DNA of 64,000 bases from Candidatus Dojkabacteria bacterium (GCA_026415655.1 JAOAGR010000004.1:43-64042); one strand, 5' to 3'; counted from the first letter of the stretch, positions 42,077-53,750 are shown. The notes: generated by a model from the letters alone, not told the origin. Numbers and translations: made by a program.

Positions 42077-43099
42077 CTAATTTTTATCTGTAGTATTCAA
42101 ATATTTGTTAGCTATTATATCAGCTTTTTCTTTTAATTTTTCCCACCATTCTCTATTTTCTATATACCAATTTACAGTTTGCTTTAGTCCGTCTTCAATA
42201 TCTCTTGAAGGTTCAAATCCTAATTCTACTTTCGCTTTACTATAATCTATAGAATATCTTTTATCATGACCTTTTCTATCTCCTACATGTACAATGAGAT
42301 CTTTTGGCTTGCTTAAAATATCCAATATTTTATTTACAATCCATATATTTTCTCTCTCACCATCGCCACCAAGCAAGTAAGTCTCACCTATTTTTCCATG
42401 TCTCAAAATAAGATCTATACCTCTTACATGATCCTCAACATAAATCCAATCTCTTCGTTGTTTTCCATCACCATACACCGGAATTTTCTCATTATAAATT
42501 GCCCTTGTAATAACCAAAGGTATTAATTTCTCTGGGAAACAATAAGGCCCATAATTATTTGAACAGTTTGAAATTGTTGCTTTAATACTATATGTATTGA
42601 CATATGACCTTACTAGATGATCAGATGACGCTTTCGATGCTGAATAGGGTGATCTTGGATCGTATGGTGTGCTCTCCTTAAATTTTATATCAAGATTATC
42701 TATTGGCAATTCACCAAAAACTTCATCTGTAGATATATGATGAAAACGCAAATCATATTTGCGAACAATCTCTAAAATTGTCCATGTACCGACAATATTT
42801 GTTTGTATAAATTCTCCAGGGCTATCAATACTTCTATCTACATGACTTTCTGCCGCAAAATGGACAATTGTATCTACTTTATATTTAACGACTACAAAAT
42901 CCAAAAGTTCTTTATTACATATATCGCCCTTCACAAATTGGATTTTCCCTGCTTCAACCAAATCTCCAATGTTTTCAAAATTCCCTGCATAAGTAAGTTT
43001 GTCATAAACGATAATATTATCATCAGGATATCTAGAAGCCCAATATCTCACGAAGTTTGTACCTATAAATCCAGCTCCTCCTGTAACTAATATTGTCAT
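42077..43099 (-). CDS. rfbB: dTDP-glucose 4,6-dehydratase
   Basis: GGAGFIG, AAESHVDRSI, STDEV, YSASKA. Confidence 0.96.
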   Translation of the reverse strand: MTILVTGGAGFIGTNFVRYWASRYPDDNIIVYDKLTYAGNFENIGDLVEAGKIQFVKGDICNKELLDFVVVKYKVDTIVHFAAESHVDRSIDSPGEFIQTNIVGTWTILEIVRKYDLRFHHISTDEVFGELPIDNLDIKFKESTPYDPRSPYSASKASSDHLVRSYVNTYSIKATISNCSNNYGPYCFPEKLIPLVITRAIYNEKIPVYGDGKQRRDWIYVEDHVRGIDLILRHGKIGETYLLGGDGERENIWIVNKILDILSKPKDLIVHVGDRKGHDKRYSIDYSKAKVELGFEPSRDIEDGLKQTVNWYIENREWWEKLKEKADIIANKYLNTTDKN

Positions 43100-43104
43100 A
43101 ATAA

Positions 43105-43962
43105 TTAAATTTTAATGTATTTATCAATGTATTCTGCCACGGCCTCTTGCCAAAATCTAAGTTTTGGTAATTTTGTATTTATTAATATTGAATAATGAGG
43201 TACATTTGCTTTTCTTTTATAATCTTTTAATTTTATCGGATTAACAACGCAATTGAGTTTCAGATGATCAATTATAAATTTTGCCTCTTCAAATCTGCTA
43301 CATATCCCTTCATTTACCATATGATAATAACCCGATGAATAAGTTTCTATATTTTCTAAAAATTTGGCTAATGATTGGGCAACATCATAGGTGTAGGTGG
43401 GCACACCAAACTCATCATCTACCACATTTAACTCAGTGTTTTTCTGAGCCAATTCAGCTATTGTAGAAACAAAATTTTTCTTACCAGGTCCAAAAAGCCA
43501 TGATACACGAAATATAAAAAACTTATTTTTTGACTTTTCAACCTCTATCTCCCCTAGTCTCTTTGCGCATCCATATTCATTTAACTGAATGTGTGGCAAA
43601 TCATCTTCTGTATAACCATCTTGTTTATTTTCACCAAAAACATAGTCTGTAGAAAAATGTATGAGAACAACATTATATTGACTTGTACTATCAACAACAT
43701 TTTTCAAACCTATATGATTAACGAGATAATTTAATTCTTTACCAGTATCTTCTGCTTCATTTACATTGGTATATGCAGAACAGTTTATAATTAGATCTGG
43801 CTTATTTGCCTCTATAAAGTTACCGATAGATTTTTTATCTGTAATATCCAAAATTTCTCGACTTGGTGTCAATAAAAAATAATCTTCTGATTTAAGTACA
43901 TCAAATACAGCTCTTCCAAGCATTCCATCAGCACCAATAATGAGTATTTTTTTAGTTTTCAT
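43105..43962 (-). CDS. rfbD: dTDP-4-dehydrorhamnose reductase
   Basis: GADGMLG, AYTNV, STDYVF, YG.AK..GE. Confidence 0.94.
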   Translation of the reverse strand: MKTKKILIIGADGMLGRAVFDVLKSEDYFLLTPSREILDITDKKSIGNFIEANKPDLIINCSAYTNVNEAEDTGKELNYLVNHIGLKNVVDSTSQYNVVLIHFSTDYVFGENKQDGYTEDDLPHIQLNEYGCAKRLGEIEVEKSKNKFFIFRVSWLFGPGKKNFVSTIAELAQKNTELNVVDDEFGVPTYTYDVAQSLAKFLENIETYSSGYYHMVNEGICSRFEEAKFIIDHLKLNCVVNPIKLKDYKRKANVPHYSILINTKLPKLRFWQEAVAEYIDKYIKI

Positions 43963-44509
43963 ATTTAAAATATATATCTAACTCTTTTAGTAAAGGTAAT
44001 TTTGCATCTTTTTCTGACAATATAGGATTATCAACTGGCCATGGGATGCCTAGATCTGGGTCATCCCACCTGATACCACAATCGCTCTCTGGATGGTAAT
44101 AATCAGAAACTTTATATAAAAAATGAACACTGTCACTTAAAGTTACAAAACCATGAGCAAATCCTTTTGGTACAAAAAGAACAGCTCCATTCCCATCACT
44201 TAATTCTATACATTCAAATCTCCCATAAGTAGGAGAGCCCTGTCGAATATCTACAATAACATCAAGGACTTTTCCACATATTACTCGAACTAATTTATCT
44301 TGAGCATAAGGTGGCTTTTGAAAATGTAATCCCCTCAAAACATTTTTATAAGAAAAAGAATGATTATCCTGCACAAATGATAATCTGTAACCTAAAATTT
44401 CTTCGAATCTTTTTTCATTGAAACTCTCAAGAAAATACCCCCTACTATCTTCAAATTTACGTGGATAATAAACAAAAGCACCAGGTAGAATTAATTTTTT
44501 AATTTCCAT
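43952..44509 (-). CDS. rfbC: dTDP-4-dehydrorhamnose 3,5-epimerase
   Basis: DSRGYF, LRGLHFQ, GFAHGF, WDDP. Confidence 0.96.
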   Translation of the reverse strand: MEIKKLILPGAFVYYPRKFEDSRGYFLESFNEKRFEEILGYRLSFVQDNHSFSYKNVLRGLHFQKPPYAQDKLVRVICGKVLDVIVDIRQGSPTYGRFECIELSDGNGAVLFVPKGFAHGFVTLSDSVHFLYKVSDYYHPESDCGIRWDDPDLGIPWPVDNPILSEKDAKLPLLKELDIYFKYEN

Positions 44510-44600
44510 TTTTAAGATTATACAAAAATTTATAACTTATAGAAGTCAAATATTAATATGCTAACAGACTAAATCCTGTTAGTAAAATTAACATTCCGAT

Positions 44601-44630
44601 AAACGCATAGATTAGCCCATGCGTTTTTTT
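44601..44630. terminator. Intrinsic-terminator-like hairpin between the M32 gene and rfbC
   Basis: AAACGCAT...ATGCGTTT inverted repeat with a T tract. Confidence 0.55.
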
Positions 44631-44692
44631 AGAACTATAACCTTGATACTTTAATATCCAAATATTCAAACATTTTGAATATCTATAAGCTA

Positions 44693-46198
44693 TTAAATTT
44701 GATATATATCTGAATATTTTTCTTGGATATATTTTATAAAGTAATCGGGATTCAGATCCTCGCCAGTTACTCTATCAATAAGTTCATTTGGATAATATAA
44801 AGATCCATGAATGTGTATATTTTTACGCAACCAATTCAGAATCTCGATAAATTCTCCTCTGGAAATCAAATATTCAATATCTAGTTCTTTTTTCATTTTA
44901 TTTGCTATCTGTGCTGAATACAGATTACCAAGAGAATATGTAGGAAAATATCCTATATATCCATAAGACCAGTGAACATCCTGTAAAACTCCTTCCCGAT
45001 CGTTTTTTGGCCTGATACCTAATAACCCATGCATTTTATCATTCCATATCTCTGGTAGATCTTTTACTTTTATTTTTTTATTAATCAATAATTCCTCAAT
45101 TTCAAATCTAAGTATTATATGCAAGTTATAAGTTACTTCATCAGCTTCTGTACGTATAAAAGATGGTCTTACTTGATTAAAAAATCTGTAGAGTTGCTCA
45201 TCACTTTGATTTCTTACATTATTAAATAATAGGTTCAATAAATATCTGATGTATTTGATAAAAAATTTACTTCTTCCAATTTGATTCTCATAAAATCTAG
45301 ATTGTGATTCATGGATGCCCAGAGAAACACCGCCTTCTAATGGCGTATCATCAAATTCTGGATTGATACCCTGTTCATACAGAGCATGCCCTACTTCATG
45401 AATAGTTGAGGTAAGACTTTCTCTGAAATCTCTGAGATCATATCTTGTGGTAATTCTTACATCTGTTCTATGTAAGTTGGATGTAAAAGGATGAGCTGAT
45501 ACATCAAGCCTACCCGACTCAAAATCATATCCTAACTTATATGCAACAAATTCTGATAACCTCTTTTGATCTTGAAAATCATAATATACCTCTGTATCAA
45601 ATCCAGAATTCACATCTGAATAATTTTTTGAATTCACAATTTCACTCACAAAATCAGATAAAAATGTACGTAGCTTCTGAGCAATATTATTAAACATTTC
45701 AAAATTAAGATCTGGTTCATACTGATCTAACAATGCGTCATACCTATTCGCTTTATATCCTATATGATCAGCAATTTCTATTAAAAGATTAATTATCCTC
45801 TCCAAACTGTCCGAAAAAATACTAAAATCAGATTTACTTTTTGCCTCCGACCATTTAACAAAGGCTATAGATGTTTCTTTTTTTAGATTAATAATTATCT
45901 GTTCTGGTACACGCCAGTACATTTTTCCTTGTCTTTCTATGTTACGTACTATCGCTTTTTCAAATTCATTTAATTCTAAAGTCTGAACATCTTCTATCAT
46001 CTCCTTAAATTTAGGATTTTTCCACTTATTCACAATTAACTCCTCTATATAAGCAGCATGTGATGCACGACTTTCAGAGCCTTTCGGTGGCATACTAACA
46101 TTGAGATCATAATCCAATACTGAATTAATTTTCTGTAAATAGCTTATTTCGCGATAATAATTTAAAATATCTTGTATTTTTTTATTTTGTACAAACAT
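44693..46198 (-). CDS. M32 metallocarboxypeptidase (Taq-type)
   Basis: HPF, DVRITT, HEVGH, HESQ, IRTEAD, QDVHW, GYFPTY; start placed at ATG 46198. Confidence 0.94.
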   Translation of the reverse strand: MFVQNKKIQDILNYYREISYLQKINSVLDYDLNVSMPPKGSESRASHAAYIEELIVNKWKNPKFKEMIEDVQTLELNEFEKAIVRNIERQGKMYWRVPEQIIINLKKETSIAFVKWSEAKSKSDFSIFSDSLERIINLLIEIADHIGYKANRYDALLDQYEPDLNFEMFNNIAQKLRTFLSDFVSEIVNSKNYSDVNSGFDTEVYYDFQDQKRLSEFVAYKLGYDFESGRLDVSAHPFTSNLHRTDVRITTRYDLRDFRESLTSTIHEVGHALYEQGINPEFDDTPLEGGVSLGIHESQSRFYENQIGRSKFFIKYIRYLLNLLFNNVRNQSDEQLYRFFNQVRPSFIRTEADEVTYNLHIILRFEIEELLINKKIKVKDLPEIWNDKMHGLLGIRPKNDREGVLQDVHWSYGYIGYFPTYSLGNLYSAQIANKMKKELDIEYLISRGEFIEILNWLRKNIHIHGSLYYPNELIDRVTGEDLNPDYFIKYIQEKYSDIYQI

Positions 46199-46250
46199 TA
46201 TTCGAATATATATTGTATAATCTATCAAATATTGTAAAAATAATAAATAT

Positions 46251-49200
46251 ATGTACAAAAATAAATATATAACTCTATTATTTCTAGCTTTAATAGCCTT
46301 ATTTTACGTTATAAATCCTAATATGTTTTCGGTTATTTCTGCAGCTTCAAATTTAGAATTTATACAAAAAGGTTACGATTTCAATGAAGTAACATTACAA
46401 TTCTTCGATGAAAAATCAAACCCTGTCCCAAGTTTAAATATAAAATATAAGGATGAAATATACAAAACAAATGAAGATGGATTTATATTTATAAATAATG
46501 TCAAAAAGGGCAATAATGAATTTGCTATATTGCAAGATAATAAAGAAAAAATAATAAATATAGATATTAATTCTGATTATATAGAATATAAAATTGATTC
46601 AAATATATTTAATAAAACTCCATTTGAACAAATAACAGACTTTTTTGCATCCAATATAGTATTTATATCTATTTTAGTTATCGTTAGTATTATAGTAATA
46701 ATTATTTCTCAAGGTATAGTCAAAAATAAGTTTTCTAATCTTTTTAATTTATCTAAGTCTTATAAACTCTCCTCAATAGTATTAGTGATTATCCTTATAA
46801 TTTCTGCTGTTGGTGGATTAATTATATCAAATATATACAGCATAAATTTTACTAGTGCCGCAGAAATAGGATCTCTTCCTGCACCAACAAATGTCAAAGC
46901 ATTTCCGGATGATAGAATGGTTACATTACAATGGGATTATGTTCAAAATGCATCATCCTACAACATAGTTGGATATGTTGTCCGATGGGGTAAAAGATCT
47001 GATGGATTTTTTACAAATCAAATACAAACTATTTATAATCAAGTACATGTAGAACCATTAGAAAATGGTGTGGAATATGTGTTTTCTGTACATAGCGTCA
47101 CAGGTCGTATCCAAAACAGCGTAACTCACAATGGGATCACCTATCAAGGCGAATTTGCTGTATCCGATGGTAATTATTCTCCAGGCGTTTATCTTATTGC
47201 AACCCCAACTTCTGCAAGAATTGATTTCTTAAAATCGCGAATGACTGCGTTTTTCGATGATTTTAATATATCAAATGGTAATCCTGATGAAACAAAGTGG
47301 AATACTGCATATAGAGGATGTTCTGATCCCGGAGAAAATGGTTATTTTGTAAATAGAATGCATGTTCACAATAAGGTGCGGGCAAGATCTTCTTATGTTG
47401 ACACTACAAGTAATCTGCCTTATTGTGACAGATCTGCGTCGGCCTCTCGTGCTAGGGCGATATTTGATACTACGGGTGCAACGTTGTCAAATCCTGCTGT
47501 AATAACTATGGATAGTGCCGGATCTCCTAGAAATCGTGATATTTGGTATATAGATCTTGTACCAGTGGATGCAAGAAAGAATGGAATACCCGTTGACTTA
47601 GTCGGTCATAATGATTTCTTTCAAAGTGACAGAAATGATCCAGGTAGAATGTTTAGAATATCTCAATTTGCTAACGAAATATCATTTCATGCATGGGATT
47701 ATAATAGAAATCCATATAAGTTAAATTTAAATTATACATGTCAAGGCTGGTCTGATACAAAGGTCGATCTGAAATGGTGCGATATTAATAAAAGAAATTG
47801 GGTAAAAACAAACAAATATAGCCCTACACCACTGCCAGATGCTACTTTACAAACATATCCACATGTAAGACGACAGTGGGTAATAGAATTTTCACCACAG
47901 GAAATAGTGTTATTTATAAATGGGATAAAAGTTGCATCTGCAACAACACCAGAATATCTTCGTAACATTACCAAACATCATGTTATATCAGAAATATTCT
48001 CATATACTACAGGAAAAGATTTTGAATTTGTTAGTCCAAAAATAAGGCCTACTATGGCTCTTCTGGATTGGGATAACTTTGGATTTACGGGTCCACGACA
48101 AAATATTAGAGTACACAACTATATTGACGGTGGTGAAACTGGAAATATACCCCAGATAGCAACGGGGCACCCAAATTATCCCATACAGGAGGGTAATCGA
48201 ACATCAAAAATAATAATTCCGGATGACATCGGTTCACCTCGTCAGGCAAGATTGATGTTTACTATAAATCCACTTAGATACTCAACATACGTTTGGAATC
48301 CAAATCATTACATAGAAATAAACAACAATAGATACAATTTTCCAAACCCAAACGACAACATAAATGGTCCGACCATGCCCGTAATCGCCGATATTTATTT
48401 ACCTCATTCAACTGGTATTTTAATAAATAAAAATCATCTTATAAGAGGAGAGAATGTAGTTAAATTTTTCCTGGATACTGATGTAATAAATGTACATTTG
48501 GAACTAGAATATGATGAAAATACAGCCCCATCTTATACTCAACCCCAAAATGTGTTTTCGAATGTGAATTATAATGACTTTGTCGTGCCAAAGACAAGAT
48601 TCAATGATTTTTACTTATTTGTAGAACAGGACATGGGCCTCAGAATGCCTCTACCATTTCCCATACCACCACAATATTTATCTAATCCAAATCCATCTAC
48701 ATCTCCAACAGTCAGCATGACTATAACACCTACTTTTACTAACGCACCAACACCTACTAATACACCAATTCCGACAAATACTCCTACCCACACAAGTACA
48801 CCTATTCCATCTCCAACAGCTACTACTCCATTACCAAGTCCAACCATAACAAACACTCCACAACCTACTGCATCTCAGACACCAACACCTACATCAACTC
48901 CAAATCCTGATACCAATATTCTTGGATACAATATTGAAGGACAAAAAATAGACAGTGGAAATTCTGGAAGATTAACATTTATCAAGATAACAAATGGAAG
49001 TACGAGAAAAAGAATAAATAAAATAAATATAGCAGTAAAAAATATAAGTAGACTACAAAATAATCGTGTCTATCAAGTAATAATATATGGAAATTATAAT
49101 AGTCGTCCAAAAAATATAATATACAAAACTGCAGGCCTGATGCTAAATCCAAACCAATTATGGCAGACGGCTGATTTATCAGCTCAAAACATAATATTGG

Positions 49201-49400
49201 AACCAAATAAGACTTATTGGATAGCTTACAACACAAATGGTCAAAATAGTGGCGAGAATGTCCTGATTTATGACGATCACCCAGACTATCTATCTAGTAA
49301 AAGCACAAGAAGATTCAATTTGTATACTACACCGTTATATCCGTCTGTAATGCAACTACCAAGAATATATTCCGTATATTTAGAGACATCCAATCCTTGA
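46251..49400 (+). CDS. Large surface protein: signal/TMs, fibronectin-III-like domain, beta-sandwich region, Pro/Thr linker, C-terminal domain
   Basis: PAPTNV..VTLQW..GYVVRW..LENGVEY FN3 pattern; TPT repeats around 48690-48910. Confidence 0.75.
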   Translation: MYKNKYITLLFLALIALFYVINPNMFSVISAASNLEFIQKGYDFNEVTLQFFDEKSNPVPSLNIKYKDEIYKTNEDGFIFINNVKKGNNEFAILQDNKEKIINIDINSDYIEYKIDSNIFNKTPFEQITDFFASNIVFISILVIVSIIVIIISQGIVKNKFSNLFNLSKSYKLSSIVLVIILIISAVGGLIISNIYSINFTSAAEIGSLPAPTNVKAFPDDRMVTLQWDYVQNASSYNIVGYVVRWGKRSDGFFTNQIQTIYNQVHVEPLENGVEYVFSVHSVTGRIQNSVTHNGITYQGEFAVSDGNYSPGVYLIATPTSARIDFLKSRMTAFFDDFNISNGNPDETKWNTAYRGCSDPGENGYFVNRMHVHNKVRARSSYVDTTSNLPYCDRSASASRARAIFDTTGATLSNPAVITMDSAGSPRNRDIWYIDLVPVDARKNGIPVDLVGHNDFFQSDRNDPGRMFRISQFANEISFHAWDYNRNPYKLNLNYTCQGWSDTKVDLKWCDINKRNWVKTNKYSPTPLPDATLQTYPHVRRQWVIEFSPQEIVLFINGIKVASATTPEYLRNITKHHVISEIFSYTTGKDFEFVSPKIRPTMALLDWDNFGFTGPRQNIRVHNYIDGGETGNIPQIATGHPNYPIQEGNRTSKIIIPDDIGSPRQARLMFTINPLRYSTYVWNPNHYIEINNNRYNFPNPNDNINGPTMPVIADIYLPHSTGILINKNHLIRGENVVKFFLDTDVINVHLELEYDENTAPSYTQPQNVFSNVNYNDFVVPKTRFNDFYLFVEQDMGLRMPLPFPIPPQYLSNPNPSTSPTVSMTITPTFTNAPTPTNTPIPTNTPTHTSTPIPSPTATTPLPSPTITNTPQPTASQTPTPTSTPNPDTNILGYNIEGQKIDSGNSGRLTFIKITNGSTRKRINKINIAVKNISRLQNNRVYQVIIYGNYNSRPKNIIYKTAGLMLNPNQLWQTADLSAQNIILEPNKTYWIAYNTNGQNSGENVLIYDDHPDYLSSKSTRRFNLYTTPLYPSVMQLPRIYSVYLETSNP

Positions 49401-49432
49401 CATATATTTTTGAAAACTATAAATAATATAAT

Positions 49433-52033
49433 ATGCTTAACAATAAGAAAATTACAGTCCTTATATTAGTTATTCTCATTATTCTCGGAATATCAAGTGT
49501 GTTATTAATTGTATTTGGAGGAAATCTGTTTAATTTTACTAGCGCTAACTTCAATACTTATTACATAGACTCACAAAATGGTAATGATACTAATTCAGGA
49601 GATTCAGAAAGTAGACCTTGGAAAACTTTGAAAAATCTAGAAAGAATCACCTTAAAGCCTGGTGATCGTGTTTTACTAAAGCGTGGCTCGTTTTTTAACG
49701 AAGAATTAAAAATTAATGGTTCAGGTACAAATAGAGACAAAATTGTGATAGATACTTATGGTAGTGGAAACATTCCTATTATCAACGGTACTAGATTAAC
49801 TAATGCATCTGAATGGCAACCATCAACTCAAAGAGCGAATGTTTATCGAATCAAGACTTTTGCTGGTAACATAATAGTAAACGATAAAAAAGGAACTGAG
49901 AAAAAAAATATTAATTCATTAACAAACGATGGAGATTATTACAAGGATTATTATAGTAGAGTAGCAAATACCGATGGTCATCTTTATGTGTATTTATCAA
50001 GGCCTATCAGTGAATACAAATTAGAGATATCAACTATAAATAATTTACTAACAATCAAAAATAATTCTCATATTATTATCAGGAATATTCATTTTCGTGG
50101 TGCAAATCAACATAATATTTTAATTACTAATGATGACCCAAATCGAGTAGATTCACAAATAACAATAGAAAATATAGTTTCATCTGAATCAAGGTTTAGT
50201 GGGATATATTTACAACATACAAGATCAAATACTATTAGAAATTCAGAGATTAGAGATAATGGCCAAGAAGGTATTAGAATGCTAGTAAGAGAAGAAAGAT
50301 TTTCTAATCTAGGATATAACCTAATCGAGTCAAATAAAGTTTATAACAACGTAATGCCAGGTATTCTATCTGAAGGATATACATCAGGAATACCAATGCG
50401 AGGAAATGTCATCAAAAATAACATAATATTTAACAATGGGGACGGAATATATATAAGATATACACAAGATACATTTGTATTAAACAATACCGTATACTCA
50501 AATAATAACACTAATTATTTCGGTGAAGGTGATGGTATACCCCTACAAAGTTCATCTAATAACGTTATAGCTGGAAATGTAGTATTCAAACACAGAAATA
50601 GTGGTCTACATATATGGGGTGGACAACCAACTGCAGAAAAACCTAAATACGGTAGGACAGATAATAATGTTTTCTATAACAATATTTCCTATGAAAATAG
50701 CAAAGGATTTTTCATATCATCATCATATAGTGATAATAATAAGTTCTACTATAATTTGGTTTATAAGAATACTCGTGCAGGGCTGCATATTGGTCACGCA
50801 AATAGTAAAAATAACGAGATTTTTAATAACACGATCGTAAAAAATGAAAAATCAATACAGTTCTATATGGGCTCTGAAATATCAAATCGATACTATAATA
50901 ATATCTTTGCCTTAAACAAATCAGGATTTTCAGGACATACACAGCCTATACAAAACTTTTCAAGCAATGCTTATTTCCAAGAGGACTTTTCTAGGCTGAG
51001 ATCCAGTAGTATTCGAGATGTTGATCAAAATGCAATTTTAGATGATCCATTATTTGTAGACCCAGATAATGATAATTATCGACTTAAGAGTAACTCTCCA
51101 CTAATTGATAAAGGCATTAGACACAATATAGAAGTAGATCTAGAAGGAAAAAGAATAATTAACTTACCAGATATAGGTGCGTTCGAATTTAACACATCAT
51201 CTAATCCTAATCCCAATCCTACTTCTACTACAAGACCAACAGCAACCTCTACTCCAGTTCCAACACTCTCTCCAACTCCTACAATTTCTAATAATACTCC
51301 TTCACCATCTTTAGAACCGATCCCTAGTGCTCCAATCACTTCGACTACAAGACCGACACCAACAGAAAGAATTATAATTGATAATTCTAATCCTGCAATA
51401 TATTTACCATTCGATACAGCAATCACACGTGAAAATGACAATTCAGGTAGTTTGAATATCAAATTCAAATCTGTTAATAGTCCTGTTGTCCAAGAAAGAT
51501 ACAAAAGATTACGCCTCGATGCAACAAAACAACAATATTTAACAACAGATCTTACAAATAATGATCAAATCTTCGCAAATAGTTTTACGATAATGTTTTA
51601 TTTACAACCAATTCGTATAGATCGAGGTAGTGGCAAGACTATATGGGGAAACTTCATAAATCGATTTGGTGGATTTAGAGTAGCAGTACATGGATATGAT
51701 GACAGGATAAGCTTTGAATATAAAAAAGACAGAGATTCAACTACTCAATCCGTTACAGCTGATTATACTTTACCATTAAATAGTTATACTCATGTTGCCT
51801 TTGTATATGATAAGCCTACGGGAGCATTAAAAATATATGTTAATGGTCAAGAAAATAAATCTGTGAATATAGGATCTGATGTAATTAATCTAGCAAATAA
51901 GACTTATCATATAGGATATAATCCATATAATAATACTTATTACAATGGATACTTGGATGAATTTAAAGTTTATGATAGAGCGTTAACAGTTGATGAAATA
52001 AGAAGTTTCGCAGGACAAACATACAACAATTAA
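49433..52033 (+). CDS. Membrane-anchored right-handed beta-helix protein with Pro/Thr linker and C-terminal LamG-like domain
   Basis: YYID...GND.N.G..PWKT, Asn-rich helix repeats, PDIGAFE, THVAFVYD...YVNG...LDEFKVYDRALT. Confidence 0.85.
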   Translation: MLNNKKITVLILVILIILGISSVLLIVFGGNLFNFTSANFNTYYIDSQNGNDTNSGDSESRPWKTLKNLERITLKPGDRVLLKRGSFFNEELKINGSGTNRDKIVIDTYGSGNIPIINGTRLTNASEWQPSTQRANVYRIKTFAGNIIVNDKKGTEKKNINSLTNDGDYYKDYYSRVANTDGHLYVYLSRPISEYKLEISTINNLLTIKNNSHIIIRNIHFRGANQHNILITNDDPNRVDSQITIENIVSSESRFSGIYLQHTRSNTIRNSEIRDNGQEGIRMLVREERFSNLGYNLIESNKVYNNVMPGILSEGYTSGIPMRGNVIKNNIIFNNGDGIYIRYTQDTFVLNNTVYSNNNTNYFGEGDGIPLQSSSNNVIAGNVVFKHRNSGLHIWGGQPTAEKPKYGRTDNNVFYNNISYENSKGFFISSSYSDNNKFYYNLVYKNTRAGLHIGHANSKNNEIFNNTIVKNEKSIQFYMGSEISNRYYNNIFALNKSGFSGHTQPIQNFSSNAYFQEDFSRLRSSSIRDVDQNAILDDPLFVDPDNDNYRLKSNSPLIDKGIRHNIEVDLEGKRIINLPDIGAFEFNTSSNPNPNPTSTTRPTATSTPVPTLSPTPTISNNTPSPSLEPIPSAPITSTTRPTPTERIIIDNSNPAIYLPFDTAITRENDNSGSLNIKFKSVNSPVVQERYKRLRLDATKQQYLTTDLTNNDQIFANSFTIMFYLQPIRIDRGSGKTIWGNFINRFGGFRVAVHGYDDRISFEYKKDRDSTTQSVTADYTLPLNSYTHVAFVYDKPTGALKIYVNGQENKSVNIGSDVINLANKTYHIGYNPYNNTYYNGYLDEFKVYDRALTVDEIRSFAGQTYNN

Positions 52034-52441
52034 AGTATTATTCTTTTATATAAGTAACCATTTATAATAATCTAATGCCTCTAAAACAAAGACCTGCTAC
52101 GTTATGGAAAAATATACATACAATCTAATAATAGAATTTATTACACTATTTATTTCGAATTCAAACATTATTATTTTTAATAAAATCGAAAAATATATAT
52201 TTTCAATTTAAACGTCAAAAAAAATAAAGAATATATTATAATAATTAGATCACTTTCAAACAGAAGTATTTATCTACCTAATAAAAATTTATTTTAATAA
52301 TCTGTTTATTTTAAAAACATATTATTAAAAAAAATAGATTCAATAATTTATATGTAAAGCAATGTAGTCAGATTATAAACTTAAATTTCAAACTGTCTAA
52401 AATCTAAATATTATTTTTATCAGGATTTAGTCCAATAACTT

Positions 52442-53707
52442 TTATTTATACAAAGGAACAAACTCCATATTAATTATAAGCCTACCAGTTTGCTCATTTG
52501 CGTATAGAATTTTAGATTTAATATTAGCTCCTATAGTCTCGGGCATCTTTAGTGTTAATCCGAATCCTCCTATGCTCGGATTATAAAATACAGATACATC
52601 ATAATAATCCCACGAATCGTCTATATATGGCCAAACAGTTTTGGGCATATATCTAATCCACACTCTATTATGCTTTTCAAGATGTTCAATTTTATAATCT
52701 ATATTAAAAGCATCTAGTCCCATGATCAAATTTGTACTCCAAAGAGTCGCATAAAAACAGACTCCCCCTGCCCTTACATATGAATCTACACCCCCAACCA
52801 AAGCTCCACCATAAACATATTTATCGTATTTATCGTCATCCAAACCCAAAATTTTATATAAATAAACTCTATCTTGCACATAACTATGATTCAATCTAGA
52901 AAAATATTCACCTGCTTGTATATTTTTCATCTTAACCCAATAGTAGGTAACGTCCGCCATAACCGTACTAGCTTTTTTTGCATTACTAAGTTTATCAATT
53001 GCCTTATCTAAGCTTAACTTTATAAATATATCATTTACACTAGATCTATATGAATCTCGTGAATATGTATTTGAGGGTGTAAAGTAGATGTAACCATCCT
53101 TATAAAGAATCTTGTTTATCTCAATAGTTATATCTTCATCTAAATTTATAGTTTGAGGTGGAGCACCATAATTACTTATAATTTCTATAGATTCTCCCGA
53201 ATTTAAAGTTATGCCAATGTGAGGTAAATAGATATCTTTGCCTCTTACTTTTGATTCTGTTTGTTTTGCAAAATAATCAAATAAAAGTTTTAATCTTATG
53301 AGACTGTCTTCATGTCCAGGTGATATAATTTGCTTTGCTCTTGACTCATCAATAGGATCAAATCTTATTGGAGAATTATCTTTAATTCCCGATAACATTA
53401 GATATCCTAAAGAAGAGTTATACTTTAACAATGAATAAAAATTTTGCCTTGTTTGGTCATCAATCTCTATACCTGTAGTTATAATAGTTGAAAGATTTTC
53501 ATTTGTAAGTTTAGTCTTTTCTAAAATTCTATTTATTTTATCAATAGGAAAAGATGGTACAACATATATATTTTTTGTTACCGCATTCGTATGTTGGGAT
53601 GAGGGTGAATTTATAATGTATAGTATAAAAAATATAACAACTAGAATAGAAATAAGCAGAGAAAAATTTACAAAAATCAAAACTTTACGCGTATCTTCCC
53701 TTATCAT
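52442..53707 (-). CDS. Membrane-anchored protein with a divergent VanW-like domain
   Basis: N-terminal TM; GGALVGG..AGGVCFYAT..EKH resembles the VanW GGGVCQ.ST..H motif. Confidence 0.55.
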   Translation of the reverse strand: MIREDTRKVLIFVNFSLLISILVVIFFILYIINSPSSQHTNAVTKNIYVVPSFPIDKINRILEKTKLTNENLSTIITTGIEIDDQTRQNFYSLLKYNSSLGYLMLSGIKDNSPIRFDPIDESRAKQIISPGHEDSLIRLKLLFDYFAKQTESKVRGKDIYLPHIGITLNSGESIEIISNYGAPPQTINLDEDITIEINKILYKDGYIYFTPSNTYSRDSYRSSVNDIFIKLSLDKAIDKLSNAKKASTVMADVTYYWVKMKNIQAGEYFSRLNHSYVQDRVYLYKILGLDDDKYDKYVYGGALVGGVDSYVRAGGVCFYATLWSTNLIMGLDAFNIDYKIEHLEKHNRVWIRYMPKTVWPYIDDSWDYYDVSVFYNPSIGGFGLTLKMPETIGANIKSKILYANEQTGRLIINMEFVPLYK

Positions 53708-53750
53708 GACTATATTGTAGCATAATTAAACATAAACATATATAAATACT

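Noticed and set aside
48690-48910. CRISPR-like or tandem DNA repeat
   Set aside because: The periodicity is coding Pro/Thr linker sequence; no constant repeat-spacer pattern or cas genes in the window
52034-52441. AT-rich convergent intergenic region as a regulatory RNA
   Set aside because: No GC-containing stems or recognisable motif
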